A DNA stretch of 41,941 bases from an uncultured bacterium (GTDB lineage: Bacteria; DYJV01): the NCBI GenBank assembly GCA_964543655.1, contig CAZIZE010000001.1:1-41941 (forward strand), written 5' to 3'. Position 1 is the stretch's first letter. Each line of letters begins with the position of its first letter. Made by a program: the position numbers and the translations under genes. Of this stretch, positions 20,895 to 30,685 are shown piece by piece. Below the pieces are notes generated by a model that ran no database searches, had not been told where the DNA came from, and saw nothing but the letters and a program-made list of their open reading frames with translations.

Positions 20895-21970
20895 TATAAA
20901 CTTGTTAAAAGTTTACCTGCTGTGCCAGCTGCTCTAAAAGCTTTTATAAATTCTTTTGCTTCTTCATATGCTTTTTCTTCTATCTTCTTTCTATTTTCAA
21001 CTGGTATTGAATCTATCTCTTTTTTAAATTGTTTTGTTGCAAATTTAATATTTTTATTCTCTTTTTCAGCCCATGTCTTCATTTCATTAAATAGCTCCTC
21101 TGGTAATCCTTCATGGGCAATATTTTGCCATAAAGTTCCAACATTACCTTTTCTAATTCCACAATCTGCAAATTTACCAACAAGGTGAAGAGGTGTTCCT
21201 GTTATTCCATGTTGTGCTATTGCAACATCAAATTTTTTAATTGCCTCATATATATCTTTGGTACGTTGTAGGTCTATATGAACTTCTTCACCAGGAGCAT
21301 AATTTCCATGTTTGGAGCCATTATTAATTGCAAGTAAATCAGGATGAACATTGTTTTCCTTCAAACCACTAATATATTCTGTTGCTTCTTCAACAGTTGT
21401 AAGATACTCACCCTCTTTTCCCATTCCTTTGATTTCACCTACTTCTGCCTCCAGTCCAATATGCTGCTCTATAATTGGTTGGGCAAGATCAGTGGTAATT
21501 CTGATATTTATTGGAATTTCATTAAAAGAAGCATCTATTGCAAAAGATGTAAACCCTGCTTTTAGCTGTGCATCTATAAGCTTTCTTCCTGTCTCTATCT
21601 CCTCAGGAGTATCTTTTTTTATAGTTATATGGTCTGCATGTATAAAAAAAGGAAGCTCAAATTTAGTCTCCTCTGCATATTCATAAAGCATTTCAGTAAA
21701 AACATCTGGTGTTTGACCTGTATAACCACCATTTAAATCTCCTTCTGATTTGGCTAATTCAAAACCAACAATTGCATCAAGCTCATTTGCTGCTCTCATT
21801 ATACCTGGAACAACATGTTTTATTCTAATATTGCATGCCATAAATATAAGATTTTCATGTTTAAATACTTCCATAATTTTTTTTAAATTTATTGCACAAA
21901 CTTTATTGTTTTCACCAAATTTTTTTATAAAACCTTCTGGTCTAAATTTAAGAAGTTTTTCAAAACTCAT
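20894..21970 (-). CDS. fba: Class II fructose-bisphosphate aldolase
   Basis: HADH, IDAS, EAEVGEI, GSKHGNY, QHG.TG, KGNVGT metal and substrate motifs. Confidence 0.85.
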   Translation of the reverse strand: MSFEKLLKFRPEGFIKKFGENNKVCAINLKKIMEVFKHENLIFMACNIRIKHVVPGIMRAANELDAIVGFELAKSEGDLNGGYTGQTPDVFTEMLYEYAEETKFELPFFIHADHITIKKDTPEEIETGRKLIDAQLKAGFTSFAIDASFNEIPINIRITTDLAQPIIEQHIGLEAEVGEIKGMGKEGEYLTTVEEATEYISGLKENNVHPDLLAINNGSKHGNYAPGEEVHIDLQRTKDIYEAIKKFDVAIAQHGITGTPLHLVGKFADCGIRKGNVGTLWQNIAHEGLPEELFNEMKTWAEKENKNIKFATKQFKKEIDSIPVENRKKIEEKAYEEAKEFIKAFRAAGTAGKLLTSL

Positions 21971-22263
21971 TTTTCCCCTCCTTTTTTATTTATTTTAATC
22001 TCTATTTCTCCATCTTTAATCATATTATACTTTTCCCTTGCAATTTTCTCAATATATTTTTTGTCACTTTTCAACCTTTTAATATCAATTTTAAGCTGCT
22101 TCTTCTCCTTCTCCATATTTTTATTGGCATTTAGAATATCTACATATTCTTTTTTAATATGATAATATTCTATTATCCCTTTATCTTTAAAAAAAAGGTA
22201 AATTAAGATGATTATAATTATAATAGAATAAACAACAACACGAATAACTACAGGTCTGTTCAT
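21967..22263 (-). CDS. ftsB: Septum formation initiator FtsB/DivIC
   Basis: One TM, DKG, coiled coil, YIEKIAREKYNMIKDGE. Confidence 0.85.
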   Translation of the reverse strand: MNRPVVIRVVVYSIIIIIILIYLFFKDKGIIEYYHIKKEYVDILNANKNMEKEKKQLKIDIKRLKSDKKYIEKIAREKYNMIKDGEIEIKINKKGGEK

Positions 22264-22664
22264 TACTTTTTCTGTTTGGTAGCTATTGCAAAATTATTTA
22301 AACCATTCTGTTTTGCAATATCCATTACTGAAACTACATTGCCATAAAAAGAAAATTTATCTGCTTCAATAATAATTAAAGTTTTTTTATCTTTTATACT
22401 TTTAAATCTTCTTTTTAATTCATTTAAATCCACAATCTTGCCATTATAATAAATGGTACCTGTCTTTGTAATAACTATTTTTATTTCTTTTTTTTCTTTC
22501 TGTATCTCCTTGGCAGATGATTCTGGTAAATTTACTTTTATTCCTGGATTAACTTCAAAAGTTGTGGATAGCATAAAAAAAATCAATAATAGAAACACCA
22601 CATCAACAAGTGGTGCTATATCTATTGAGAAACTATCATTTTTCTCTCGTCTTTTAAATTCCAT
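22263..22664 (-). CDS. ExbD/TolR biopolymer transport protein
   Basis: IAPLVDVVFLLLIFFM, VNLP, IEADK, VVSVMD. Confidence 0.92.
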   Translation of the reverse strand: MEFKRREKNDSFSIDIAPLVDVVFLLLIFFMLSTTFEVNPGIKVNLPESSAKEIQKEKKEIKIVITKTGTIYYNGKIVDLNELKRRFKSIKDKKTLIIIEADKFSFYGNVVSVMDIAKQNGLNNFAIATKQKK

Positions 22665-23268
22665 CTTTACTCCTTAAAATTTCAATAAAATTAAGTGAAA
22701 TTCCTTCCATTTTAATCACCAATCTATCAACTTTAGATGAAAAGTATTTATAAAGAATAAAACTTGGAATTGCTACAATCAAGCCAGCTGCTGTTGTAAT
22801 TAATGCTTCTGAAATTCCTGATGAAAGAAGGCCTGGATCTCCCAATTTTTTACTAACTGCAAGGACATTAAATGTTTTAATCATACCAGTAACTGTTCCG
22901 AGTAAACCTAATAAGGGTGAAACTCCAGCTATTGTGCCAAGTGTTGTTAAATATCTTTCAAGAAATATTGCTTCTTGCCTGCCCTGCTCAGAAATAGCTT
23001 CTTTTAAAACCTCAATTGGTTTGCCTATCCTTTTTAGGCCTGAATAAATAATCCTGCCTATTGGACTTTTGGAAGTGCTGCACAGAGCAATAGCTTCATT
23101 ATTTTTCCCAACTCTAATAAAATCCTCCACCTCTTTAACAAAATCCTCAGGAATAACCTTTCCTTCCCTGAGGCTCCACAATTTTTCAAGAAATATTGCA
23201 AATGTTAAAACAGAGCATAATAAAATGGGATACATTACAATCCCGCCTTTTTGAATCAACAACCACAT
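22654..23268 (-). CDS. MotA/TolQ/ExbB proton channel protein
   Basis: GG.VMYPIL, SPLLGLLGTVTGMI, GISEALITTAAGLIVAIP. Confidence 0.93.
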   Translation of the reverse strand: MWLLIQKGGIVMYPILLCSVLTFAIFLEKLWSLREGKVIPEDFVKEVEDFIRVGKNNEAIALCSTSKSPIGRIIYSGLKRIGKPIEVLKEAISEQGRQEAIFLERYLTTLGTIAGVSPLLGLLGTVTGMIKTFNVLAVSKKLGDPGLLSSGISEALITTAAGLIVAIPSFILYKYFSSKVDRLVIKMEGISLNFIEILRSKDGI

Positions 23269-23278
23269 CTTTAAACTC

Positions 23279-23536
23279 CTACTTTTTTATTTTTAATGAT
23301 AATGCTTCTAATTCTCTTAATTTTTGCAAAACTAAATTTTTTTTATTAAGTTCGCTGTTATAGAGCATTTCATCACCCTCTTCTTCAGCTTTTTTAATAT
23401 TTTCTTCAATTTTATGTAAAAACTTATTTACTATCTTCAGAGATTCCTCTAATTCTTGCTCAGTAGCAGTTAATTCTAAATCACTTATTTTAGATAATTT
23501 CTCAAAAAATTCTCCAAGTGTGTCCTTATCATACAT
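23279..23536 (-). CDS. Small helical/coiled-coil hypothetical protein
   Basis: Charged heptad-rich ORF heading the exbB operon; ATG 23536 has SD ggag (alternative TTG at 23548). Confidence 0.65.
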   Translation of the reverse strand: MYDKDTLGEFFEKLSKISDLELTATEQELEESLKIVNKFLHKIEENIKKAEEEGDEMLYNSELNKKNLVLQKLRELEALSLKIKK

Positions 23537-23684
23537 TGTTATCTCCAACTATATTAAATTTAAGCTATTTCTATTAATTTATTAAATGAAACATGAAAAA
23601 AATGCAAGTTTATTGTTGTTTTTTTTTAAAATATTTTATAAGTATAAAATTAATATGTAAAATTATATAATAAAAGGGTACATT

Positions 23685-24995
23685 ATGCTTAAAACCAAAA
23701 AAAGTGTTGGAATTATCTTTTTTCCAGCTTATGATTGGGCAATTTCTCCCACTCATCCTGAAAGAGAGGAAAGATTACTTTACACTCAGGATCAAATTAA
23801 AGAGGAAGGACTATTTGATATTGATGGGATAAAGGAGTTTAAGCCATTAATTGCTACTAATGAGCAAATTAACAGAGCTCATATTTGCATACCAGATGTA
23901 GATGCTCAGGCTACAATTTCCCATAGAATTTCAGCAGGAGGAGCATTAAAAGCAGCAGAAATTGTTGCCAATGGAGAAACAAATTCAGCATTTGCACTTG
24001 TTAGACCTCCTGGGCATCATGCAAGGAGAGTTGTCCATGGTAATAGAGGTTTCTGCAATATTAATATAGAAGCAGTTATGATAGAAGAATTGAGAAAAAA
24101 ATTTGGGAAAAAGAAAATTGCTGTTATAGACACAGATTGCCATCATGGAGATGGCACCCAAGATATTTACTACCACGATCCAGATGTTCTATTCATATCA
24201 CTTCATCAGGACGGTAGAACACTTTACCCGGGAAGTGGCTTTACCAATGAACTTGGAATTGGTAAAGGATACGGTTATACAATTAATGTCCCTTTACCAC
24301 CTAAAACATCAGATAATGGATATTTATATGTAATAGAAAATTTAGTATTACCAATTCTTGAAGATTTCAAGCCAGATATTATTGTAAATTCCGCAGGCCA
24401 AGATAATCATTTTACTGATCCAATTACCAATATGAACCTTACTGCTACTGGATATGCAAAGTTAAATGCTCTATTATCTCCTGATATTTGTGTTTTAGAA
24501 GGGGGTTATTCAGTTGAAGGAGCCCTACCCTATGTTAATACAGGAATAATTTTAGCAATGGCTGGGCTCGATTTTTCAAATGTAATTGAGCCAGGTTATA
24601 ACAGGGATAAACTTGAAGAAAGTGTTGATATTATGAGGAGAATTAAGCAAATTGTTCAGGAGCAATGGACAAAATGGCAATTTAGAGAGGAATTACAGGA
24701 GAAACATATAAAAAAAAGAGAGAGCATAGCTACAAAGCGAACTGTTTTTTATGATGAAAGTGGTATAACTGAATACCAATATGAAACTCTTTTCCTCTGT
24801 CCCAATTGCAATTCATTTTACACAGTTGAATCAACAGGTGATTTTTACAAAATCCTTGCAATAGTCCTTGAGCAGAATATATGTGACAACTGCCTTGACA
24901 AAGCAACAGAAATTTATAAAAATATCAATAAAAGTAGATTTGATTTTATATATTTTCATGATAAAAAAAATGATTCTTATATGAGGTATCCATAA
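23685..24995 (+). CDS. Zn-dependent histone deacetylase-family amidohydrolase with Cys-rich C-terminal extension
   Basis: HPE, RPPGHH, GFC, DTDCHHGDGTQ, SAGQD, LEGGY; C-terminal CPNC...CDNC. Confidence 0.9.
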   Translation: MLKTKKSVGIIFFPAYDWAISPTHPEREERLLYTQDQIKEEGLFDIDGIKEFKPLIATNEQINRAHICIPDVDAQATISHRISAGGALKAAEIVANGETNSAFALVRPPGHHARRVVHGNRGFCNINIEAVMIEELRKKFGKKKIAVIDTDCHHGDGTQDIYYHDPDVLFISLHQDGRTLYPGSGFTNELGIGKGYGYTINVPLPPKTSDNGYLYVIENLVLPILEDFKPDIIVNSAGQDNHFTDPITNMNLTATGYAKLNALLSPDICVLEGGYSVEGALPYVNTGIILAMAGLDFSNVIEPGYNRDKLEESVDIMRRIKQIVQEQWTKWQFREELQEKHIKKRESIATKRTVFYDESGITEYQYETLFLCPNCNSFYTVESTGDFYKILAIVLEQNICDNCLDKATEIYKNINKSRFDFIYFHDKKNDSYMRYP

Positions 24996-26902
24996 TGATT
25001 GAAAAAAGCATTCATTTTGTAAAAGTTGGCACACAATCTGAGATAAGAAAATTTATTTTTGAATCATTTATTTATGAAAATATTTTCAAGTTAAAATCTG
25101 GCAAAACCACTCATTCAGGTACACTACTCCAAATTAGCGAAAACAACAAAGCAATGCTGATAAGATTTCCTGATGATATAACATCCTATTTTAAAGCAGG
25201 AAATATTTATGAGCTTTCATTTAATAATTCAAGAGGAAAATTTAAAACAGAAATAAAAGTTACAAATATTTCACTAAAAGGAGGTAGAACTTATATCTCT
25301 CTTGATTTTCCTAATTCATTACTTAGATTGCAGAGAAGAAGAAGTATTAGAGTTATTCCAGATTATGTTCAACAACCTGTAACTATTACTCTTTCTATAA
25401 AAGGCGAAGATAATTTATTTAAAGTTAGAGATATTGGTCTCAATGGCTTTTCCCTTACACTTAGCAAAGATAACACTTTAAGTAGTTTAAGGATAGGTGA
25501 AATAATCAATACAGAGATTAAACTTCCAAACACAAAGCTATCTATAAAATGTAAAGTTAGAATTGTTCATGGAAATGTTATTTTATCAAAATATAGAGCT
25601 GGGTTTGAGTTTTTAGAAATAGATTCTAAATTTAAAAATCTTTTAACAAATTATATTTTAATTAGAAGAACTGAAATAAAAATTAAAATTTTAAAGAAAG
25701 ATAGCAAAAGAGAAATTGCAAAGCGTTCAATTGGTGAATGGTTAGAATCTTTAATAGAATACAACAAAGAGCGCTTTAAAAATTTCAAAATTATTATTTT
25801 ATCTGACAGAGAGGAGGAAAATTATAAAGCAATTTTTGAGCATTTTCCATTAACTTCAATAATTAAATTAAAAGATTACACTCAGCTTGAAAATATTTCA
25901 GCAAATTTAATCATTTTACATTTAACACCTGAAAATAAAAATTTTTGGTACAAATTTTCCAAATTAAACAATATAAAATACACTCCTCTTATTATAATTT
26001 ACAGAGATGGAAGCATTCTTCACTTCCTTAAAGATAAACCTTTTTATTCCAAAATAGTGCTTGAAAAAAAATTTCAAGAAGATATTATAAAAGAAATTTT
26101 AATCTATTCCAATATCACTATCCAGCCTGTTGATTTTACTATTTTAAAAGAGACTCCTCTTTTTGATGGAAATGGAAAAAAAGTGCTCATTATTGATAGC
26201 TCTCCTTTTAATTTTTCAATGCAAACTATCTTAAATGCAATGAATTTTAAAACTGAGATAACAGAAGAGTTTCCATCACCAACTAAAATTGATAATTTTG
26301 ATATGGTAATCTATTCTCCCACTGGCAGTCACAGTGATGAGCTAAAAAATATATTTCTAATACTTGAAAAAAATAAATGCTTATTACTAACATTTGACAG
26401 AAGCCTGCCATATTCAGAAAAATTAAATGAAATTTTTGAAGAAAAAAATATTTTAATAAAACCATTCAAATATGATACTTTTGTTAACAAAGTAATGTTC
26501 CTGTCTGATGAAGAGGATGTAAATTCTTACTTTAAGCCAATAAAAATTCCATTAATTACTCAAAATATAGAAAATCTTCCAAAACTTATTGAGAGAAAAT
26601 TACAGAACACAATATATGATAGGTTGTTCGATTTTGAAATTATTGATGGAAATAACATAGATATAGCTTCAATAAAAAATAGAGATGTGATTATAGATAT
26701 TCATACAGGAGTAATTGGAAGGTATCCTCTTGTAAAGTTTATCAGGGAGTTTTCATCAAGGTATAAAATTAATTTTTATGGGCTTGTATATCAAAATATT
26801 TCAAAACAATTACTTCTTAATTGTATGAAAGCTGGTTTAAAAAATATTTTTACAATTGCTCAGTTTGTGGAAAAATTAAAAGATTTTCTTATTTTTTCTT
26901 AA
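24995..26902 (+). CDS. YcgR-like PilZ-domain protein with long C-terminal region of receiver-like folds
   Basis: QRRRSIR (RxxxR), DIGLNG (variant DxSxxG), AGFEF; C-terminal beta/alpha repeats (KKVLIID...DMVIY...LIKPF). Confidence 0.7.
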   Translation: MIEKSIHFVKVGTQSEIRKFIFESFIYENIFKLKSGKTTHSGTLLQISENNKAMLIRFPDDITSYFKAGNIYELSFNNSRGKFKTEIKVTNISLKGGRTYISLDFPNSLLRLQRRRSIRVIPDYVQQPVTITLSIKGEDNLFKVRDIGLNGFSLTLSKDNTLSSLRIGEIINTEIKLPNTKLSIKCKVRIVHGNVILSKYRAGFEFLEIDSKFKNLLTNYILIRRTEIKIKILKKDSKREIAKRSIGEWLESLIEYNKERFKNFKIIILSDREEENYKAIFEHFPLTSIIKLKDYTQLENISANLIILHLTPENKNFWYKFSKLNNIKYTPLIIIYRDGSILHFLKDKPFYSKIVLEKKFQEDIIKEILIYSNITIQPVDFTILKETPLFDGNGKKVLIIDSSPFNFSMQTILNAMNFKTEITEEFPSPTKIDNFDMVIYSPTGSHSDELKNIFLILEKNKCLLLTFDRSLPYSEKLNEIFEEKNILIKPFKYDTFVNKVMFLSDEEDVNSYFKPIKIPLITQNIENLPKLIERKLQNTIYDRLFDFEIIDGNNIDIASIKNRDVIIDIHTGVIGRYPLVKFIREFSSRYKINFYGLVYQNISKQLLLNCMKAGLKNIFTIAQFVEKLKDFLIFS

Positions 26903-28361
26903 TTAAAAGAATATCACCAGGATAAATTGTTTTATTTCTTAATTTATTTATTTTTTTGATTCTATAAATTGATACATTGAACATTCTTGCAACTTTCCAG
27001 AGATTGTCCCCTTTCTTAACTTTATATTTAAAAACTTTATGCTTTTTTCTATAAGTAATGTGCTTGTATCTATGTGTTTTTGCATATTTAACAGAATATT
27101 CTTCTGGATAAGGCAACAATATTCTCATTCCAGGTCTTAATGCTCTAACATTTTTAATATTGTTGAATTTTTTCAAAATAGTGTATGGATAAATCCCATA
27201 ACGCTTTGCTATTGAAATAAGAGTATCGCCTCTTTTGATTCTATACTGTTTAAATGTAAATCTGTAGTTTTTATTGATATTTTGTGCAATGATAATAGCC
27301 TTTTTTTCATAAATTTTTGGTAATTTCAAAAAATAATTTTCATACATTGGAGGAGTGCAGAATCTTTTCAATTCTGGATTAAGTGCTCTAAGTGTTTTTA
27401 ATGGAATACCTGATTCTTTTGCAAATTTAAATAAAGAATAAGGCTTTGATATTTGGACAAATGTAAAATCTTTTTTATTATAATCAAGCCACTTTTCTGG
27501 GATATATTGCAATGTGTCATTATTTCTAATTAAATAAAGCACTGCGTAAAAGTTTGGTACATACGCTTTGGTTTCTTTACGCAAACCTCTCCTTTTTTTA
27601 GCAATATGCCAGAAATTACGCTCTCTTGACCTTTCGATTAATCTTTTAATTTTATACTCACCAGCATTATAAGCTGCCATTGCAAGGTCATAGGAACCAA
27701 ACATATTGTATAAATCTTTTAAATATTTTGCAGCTGCTTCAGTAGATTTTATAGGATCTCTTCTTTCATCTATCCACCAATTAACTTTTAATCCATACTT
27801 AATTGCTGTTCTTCTCATAAATTGCCATAAACCAACAGCTCCTGCTTTTGACCTTGCATTTGGATTAAAGTGGCTTTCAATTAAAGATAGGTATATTAAA
27901 TCTTCTGGTAAACCATTTTTTTTAAAAATCTCCCTCATATATGGCAACCACTTGTGACCTTTTTTAAAAGCAGTGTAAAGCCATCTCCCATTATTGTATG
28001 AATAAAGTTTAATAAATTTTTTTACTTTACTATTAACTATTGTTTTAATTGGTTGCTGAATAAATAGCTTTGAATTAATTGATAATACTTCTTTTTCAAT
28101 CTCTTTTTTATTATTTATTTTAAATTCCTTAACAATATCATTATTTAAAGTTATTTTTGGTTTATTCTTTTTCTCATGTGTAATATCCACACTGCTTTTA
28201 TTTAATGTTGCAACTTTCTCCTTTGGCTTAATCTTATTTTGAGCCTTTTTTATCTCTTCCTTTTTCACAGGTGAAAAATTTACTTTTTTATTATATTTAC
28301 CTGCACATGCACATAAAAATATTGCTAACAATATTGTAAAAAATTTATATTTTTTAACCAT
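26889..28361 (-). CDS. mltD: Membrane-bound lytic murein transglycosylase D (SLT + LysM), lipoprotein
   Basis: Lipobox-like LCAC, IES.FNP.A.S.AGAVGLWQFM, AAYNAG, ET..YVP, two LysM domains; start ATG 28361 with SD aaggag. Confidence 0.88.
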   Translation of the reverse strand: MVKKYKFFTILLAIFLCACAGKYNKKVNFSPVKKEEIKKAQNKIKPKEKVATLNKSSVDITHEKKNKPKITLNNDIVKEFKINNKKEIEKEVLSINSKLFIQQPIKTIVNSKVKKFIKLYSYNNGRWLYTAFKKGHKWLPYMREIFKKNGLPEDLIYLSLIESHFNPNARSKAGAVGLWQFMRRTAIKYGLKVNWWIDERRDPIKSTEAAAKYLKDLYNMFGSYDLAMAAYNAGEYKIKRLIERSRERNFWHIAKKRRGLRKETKAYVPNFYAVLYLIRNNDTLQYIPEKWLDYNKKDFTFVQISKPYSLFKFAKESGIPLKTLRALNPELKRFCTPPMYENYFLKLPKIYEKKAIIIAQNINKNYRFTFKQYRIKRGDTLISIAKRYGIYPYTILKKFNNIKNVRALRPGMRILLPYPEEYSVKYAKTHRYKHITYRKKHKVFKYKVKKGDNLWKVARMFNVSIYRIKKINKLRNKTIYPGDILLIKKK

Positions 28362-28371
28362 TTTTTCTCCT

Positions 28372-29574
28372 TTAAATTGTTTCTCCAAGTTTAAAAATAG
28401 GTAGATACATTGCCACTATTAATCCTCCAATTAAACCTCCAAGCACAACCATAATCATTGGTTCCATAAGCGCAGTTAAATTAGAAACAGCTTGATCAAC
28501 CTCATCATCATAAAAATCAGCTATTTTATAAAGCATTGTATCAAGAGCCCCTGTACTTTCACCAATTGCTATCATCTGAACAACCATTGGTGGAAAAACT
28601 TTGGTTTCCGCAAGAGGTGTGGCAATATCTTTCCCTTCTTTGATGCTCTCTTTTGCTTTATTTACTGATTCTTCTATAATAACGTTCCCTGCTGTTTTAG
28701 CCGTAATATCCATTGCTTCAAGAATAGATACGCCACTTTGGAGCATTGTCCCTAAAGTTCTTGTAAATTTAGCAACTGCTGCTTTCCTAATCAGATCCCC
28801 AAAAACAGGTAATTTTAAAAATAATTTATCAAACATTTTTCTACCAAAAGCTGTTTTAGTATAAAGCTGCTTAATAACAACACCTGTTATAAAAATTCCA
28901 ACAACAAGATATATAATATATGCTCTTAACCAATTGCTTATATTTATAACAATTTGTGTTGGCATTGGCAAAGCTTGGCCTGCTGAAGAAAACATTGAAG
29001 CAAAAGTTGGCACAACTTTTATTAATAGGATTGCAACAACTATTGCAGCAACCACAATAATACTAACAGGATAAAACAATGCTCCTTTAATTTTCCTCTG
29101 TAATGCCATTGTTTTTTCCATAAAAGTGGCTAACCTTGTAAAAATAACATCTAAATTACCTGATAATTCTGCTGCATTTATCATATTAACAAAAAGGGTA
29201 TTGAAAATTTTAGGATGTTTCTCCATTGCTTTTGATAAAGTGCTACCACTTTCAACACTAACTTTAATATCAGATAGAACTTTTCTAAATGTTTTATTTT
29301 CCGTCTGTGTTGAAAGGATTTCAAGGCTTTGAACAAGAGGAAGCCCTGCTTCTATCATTGTGGTAATCTGTCTTGTAAAGATAACTATATCTTTAATTTT
29401 AACTTTTGGTTTTAAAAAAGATATTTCTATCTCTTTAGGTTTCTTTTTAATTTTAGTAGGAAGAATCCCCTGAGAACGGAGTTTTGATTCTACTTCTTCT
29501 TTATTCTGGGCTTCTAATTCACCCTGAATCTCCTGGCCTCTTCTATTTTTACCTTTCCACAAAAATATAGGCAT
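28372..29574 (-). CDS. pilC: Type IV pilus platform protein PilC (T2SS-F family)
   Basis: FTRQ, AGLPL, F..LFVNM, YP, FTRTLGT, FPPMVVQMIAIGESTG.LD.ML, EP, AMYLPIF. Confidence 0.93.
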   Translation of the reverse strand: MPIFLWKGKNRRGQEIQGELEAQNKEEVESKLRSQGILPTKIKKKPKEIEISFLKPKVKIKDIVIFTRQITTMIEAGLPLVQSLEILSTQTENKTFRKVLSDIKVSVESGSTLSKAMEKHPKIFNTLFVNMINAAELSGNLDVIFTRLATFMEKTMALQRKIKGALFYPVSIIVVAAIVVAILLIKVVPTFASMFSSAGQALPMPTQIVINISNWLRAYIIYLVVGIFITGVVIKQLYTKTAFGRKMFDKLFLKLPVFGDLIRKAAVAKFTRTLGTMLQSGVSILEAMDITAKTAGNVIIEESVNKAKESIKEGKDIATPLAETKVFPPMVVQMIAIGESTGALDTMLYKIADFYDDEVDQAVSNLTALMEPMIMVVLGGLIGGLIVAMYLPIFKLGETI

Positions 29575-29614
29575 GTCTTTTTCTAACTTAATTAGGTTAG
29601 AAAATCAAGAGGTT

Positions 29615-30685
29615 TTATAAATTTCCATAATTTTTTTTATAATACTTTAAATATTCACCTGTTATAACATTTTTTACCCAATTAAAGTTATCTATATACC
29701 ATTGAACTGTATTATTCAGCCCTTTCTCAAAGTTGTATTCTGGTGTCCAGCCAAGCTCTTCCTGAATTTTTTTTGAACATATAGCATATCTTCTATCATG
29801 TCCTGGTCTATCCTTAACAAAGGTTATAAGAGACTCAAATCTTTCTGGCAAATTTTCAAACTGTTTTAATTCTCCTTTTTCCTTTTTTTGTTGCAAAATA
29901 GAACAAATTTTTCTAACAATTTCAATGTTTTCCATCTCATTATTCCCACCAATATTATATTTCTCTCCAATTTTTCCTTTAAGCATAACTACTTCTATTG
30001 CTTTACAATGGTCAAGAACAAATAACCAATCTCTAATATTTTTACCATCACCATAAATTGGTAGAGGTTTATTATTGAGACAATTATAAATAATCAGGGG
30101 TATTAATTTTTCTGGAAATTGATATGGGCCATAATTATTGGAGCAATTTGTTATTATTGCAGGGAAATTATATGTTTTAAAATAAGCTCTTATTAAAAAA
30201 TCAGAACTTGCCTTTGATGCTGAATATGGGCTATTTGGAGCGTAAGGTGTGTTTTCAGTGAAAAAACCATCTTTTCCAAGAGAGCCATAAACTTCATCTG
30301 TGCTAACATGAATGAAAAGTTTATTATTAAAATCATTCCAATATTTTCTGCAATGTTCAAGTAAGTTAAATGTCCCATAAATATTTGTTGTAATAAACTC
30401 CTCAGGTCCAAGAATGCTTTTATCAACATGCGATTCAGCTGCAAAGTTAATTATTATTTCTGGCATATATATTTTGAAAACTTTATCTACATCCTCTTTG
30501 CTTGCTATATCTCCCCTGAAAAATTTATAATTTGGCAGTGACTCTATATCCTTTAGATTTTCAAGATTACCTGCATAGGTCAATTTGTCAAAATTTATAA
30601 ATAAATATTCAGGATATTTTTTTACCATATAATTTAAAAAATTCGAACCAATAAACCCTGCTCCTCCTGTAACAATTATTTTCAT
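29615..30685 (-). CDS. rfbB: dTDP-glucose 4,6-dehydratase
   Basis: TGGAGFIG, DKLTYAGN, AAESHVD, STDEVYG, YSASK, NNYGPYQFPEKLIP, DRPGHD. Confidence 0.95.
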   Translation of the reverse strand: MKIIVTGGAGFIGSNFLNYMVKKYPEYLFINFDKLTYAGNLENLKDIESLPNYKFFRGDIASKEDVDKVFKIYMPEIIINFAAESHVDKSILGPEEFITTNIYGTFNLLEHCRKYWNDFNNKLFIHVSTDEVYGSLGKDGFFTENTPYAPNSPYSASKASSDFLIRAYFKTYNFPAIITNCSNNYGPYQFPEKLIPLIIYNCLNNKPLPIYGDGKNIRDWLFVLDHCKAIEVVMLKGKIGEKYNIGGNNEMENIEIVRKICSILQQKKEKGELKQFENLPERFESLITFVKDRPGHDRRYAICSKKIQEELGWTPEYNFEKGLNNTVQWYIDNFNWVKNVITGEYLKYYKKNYGNL

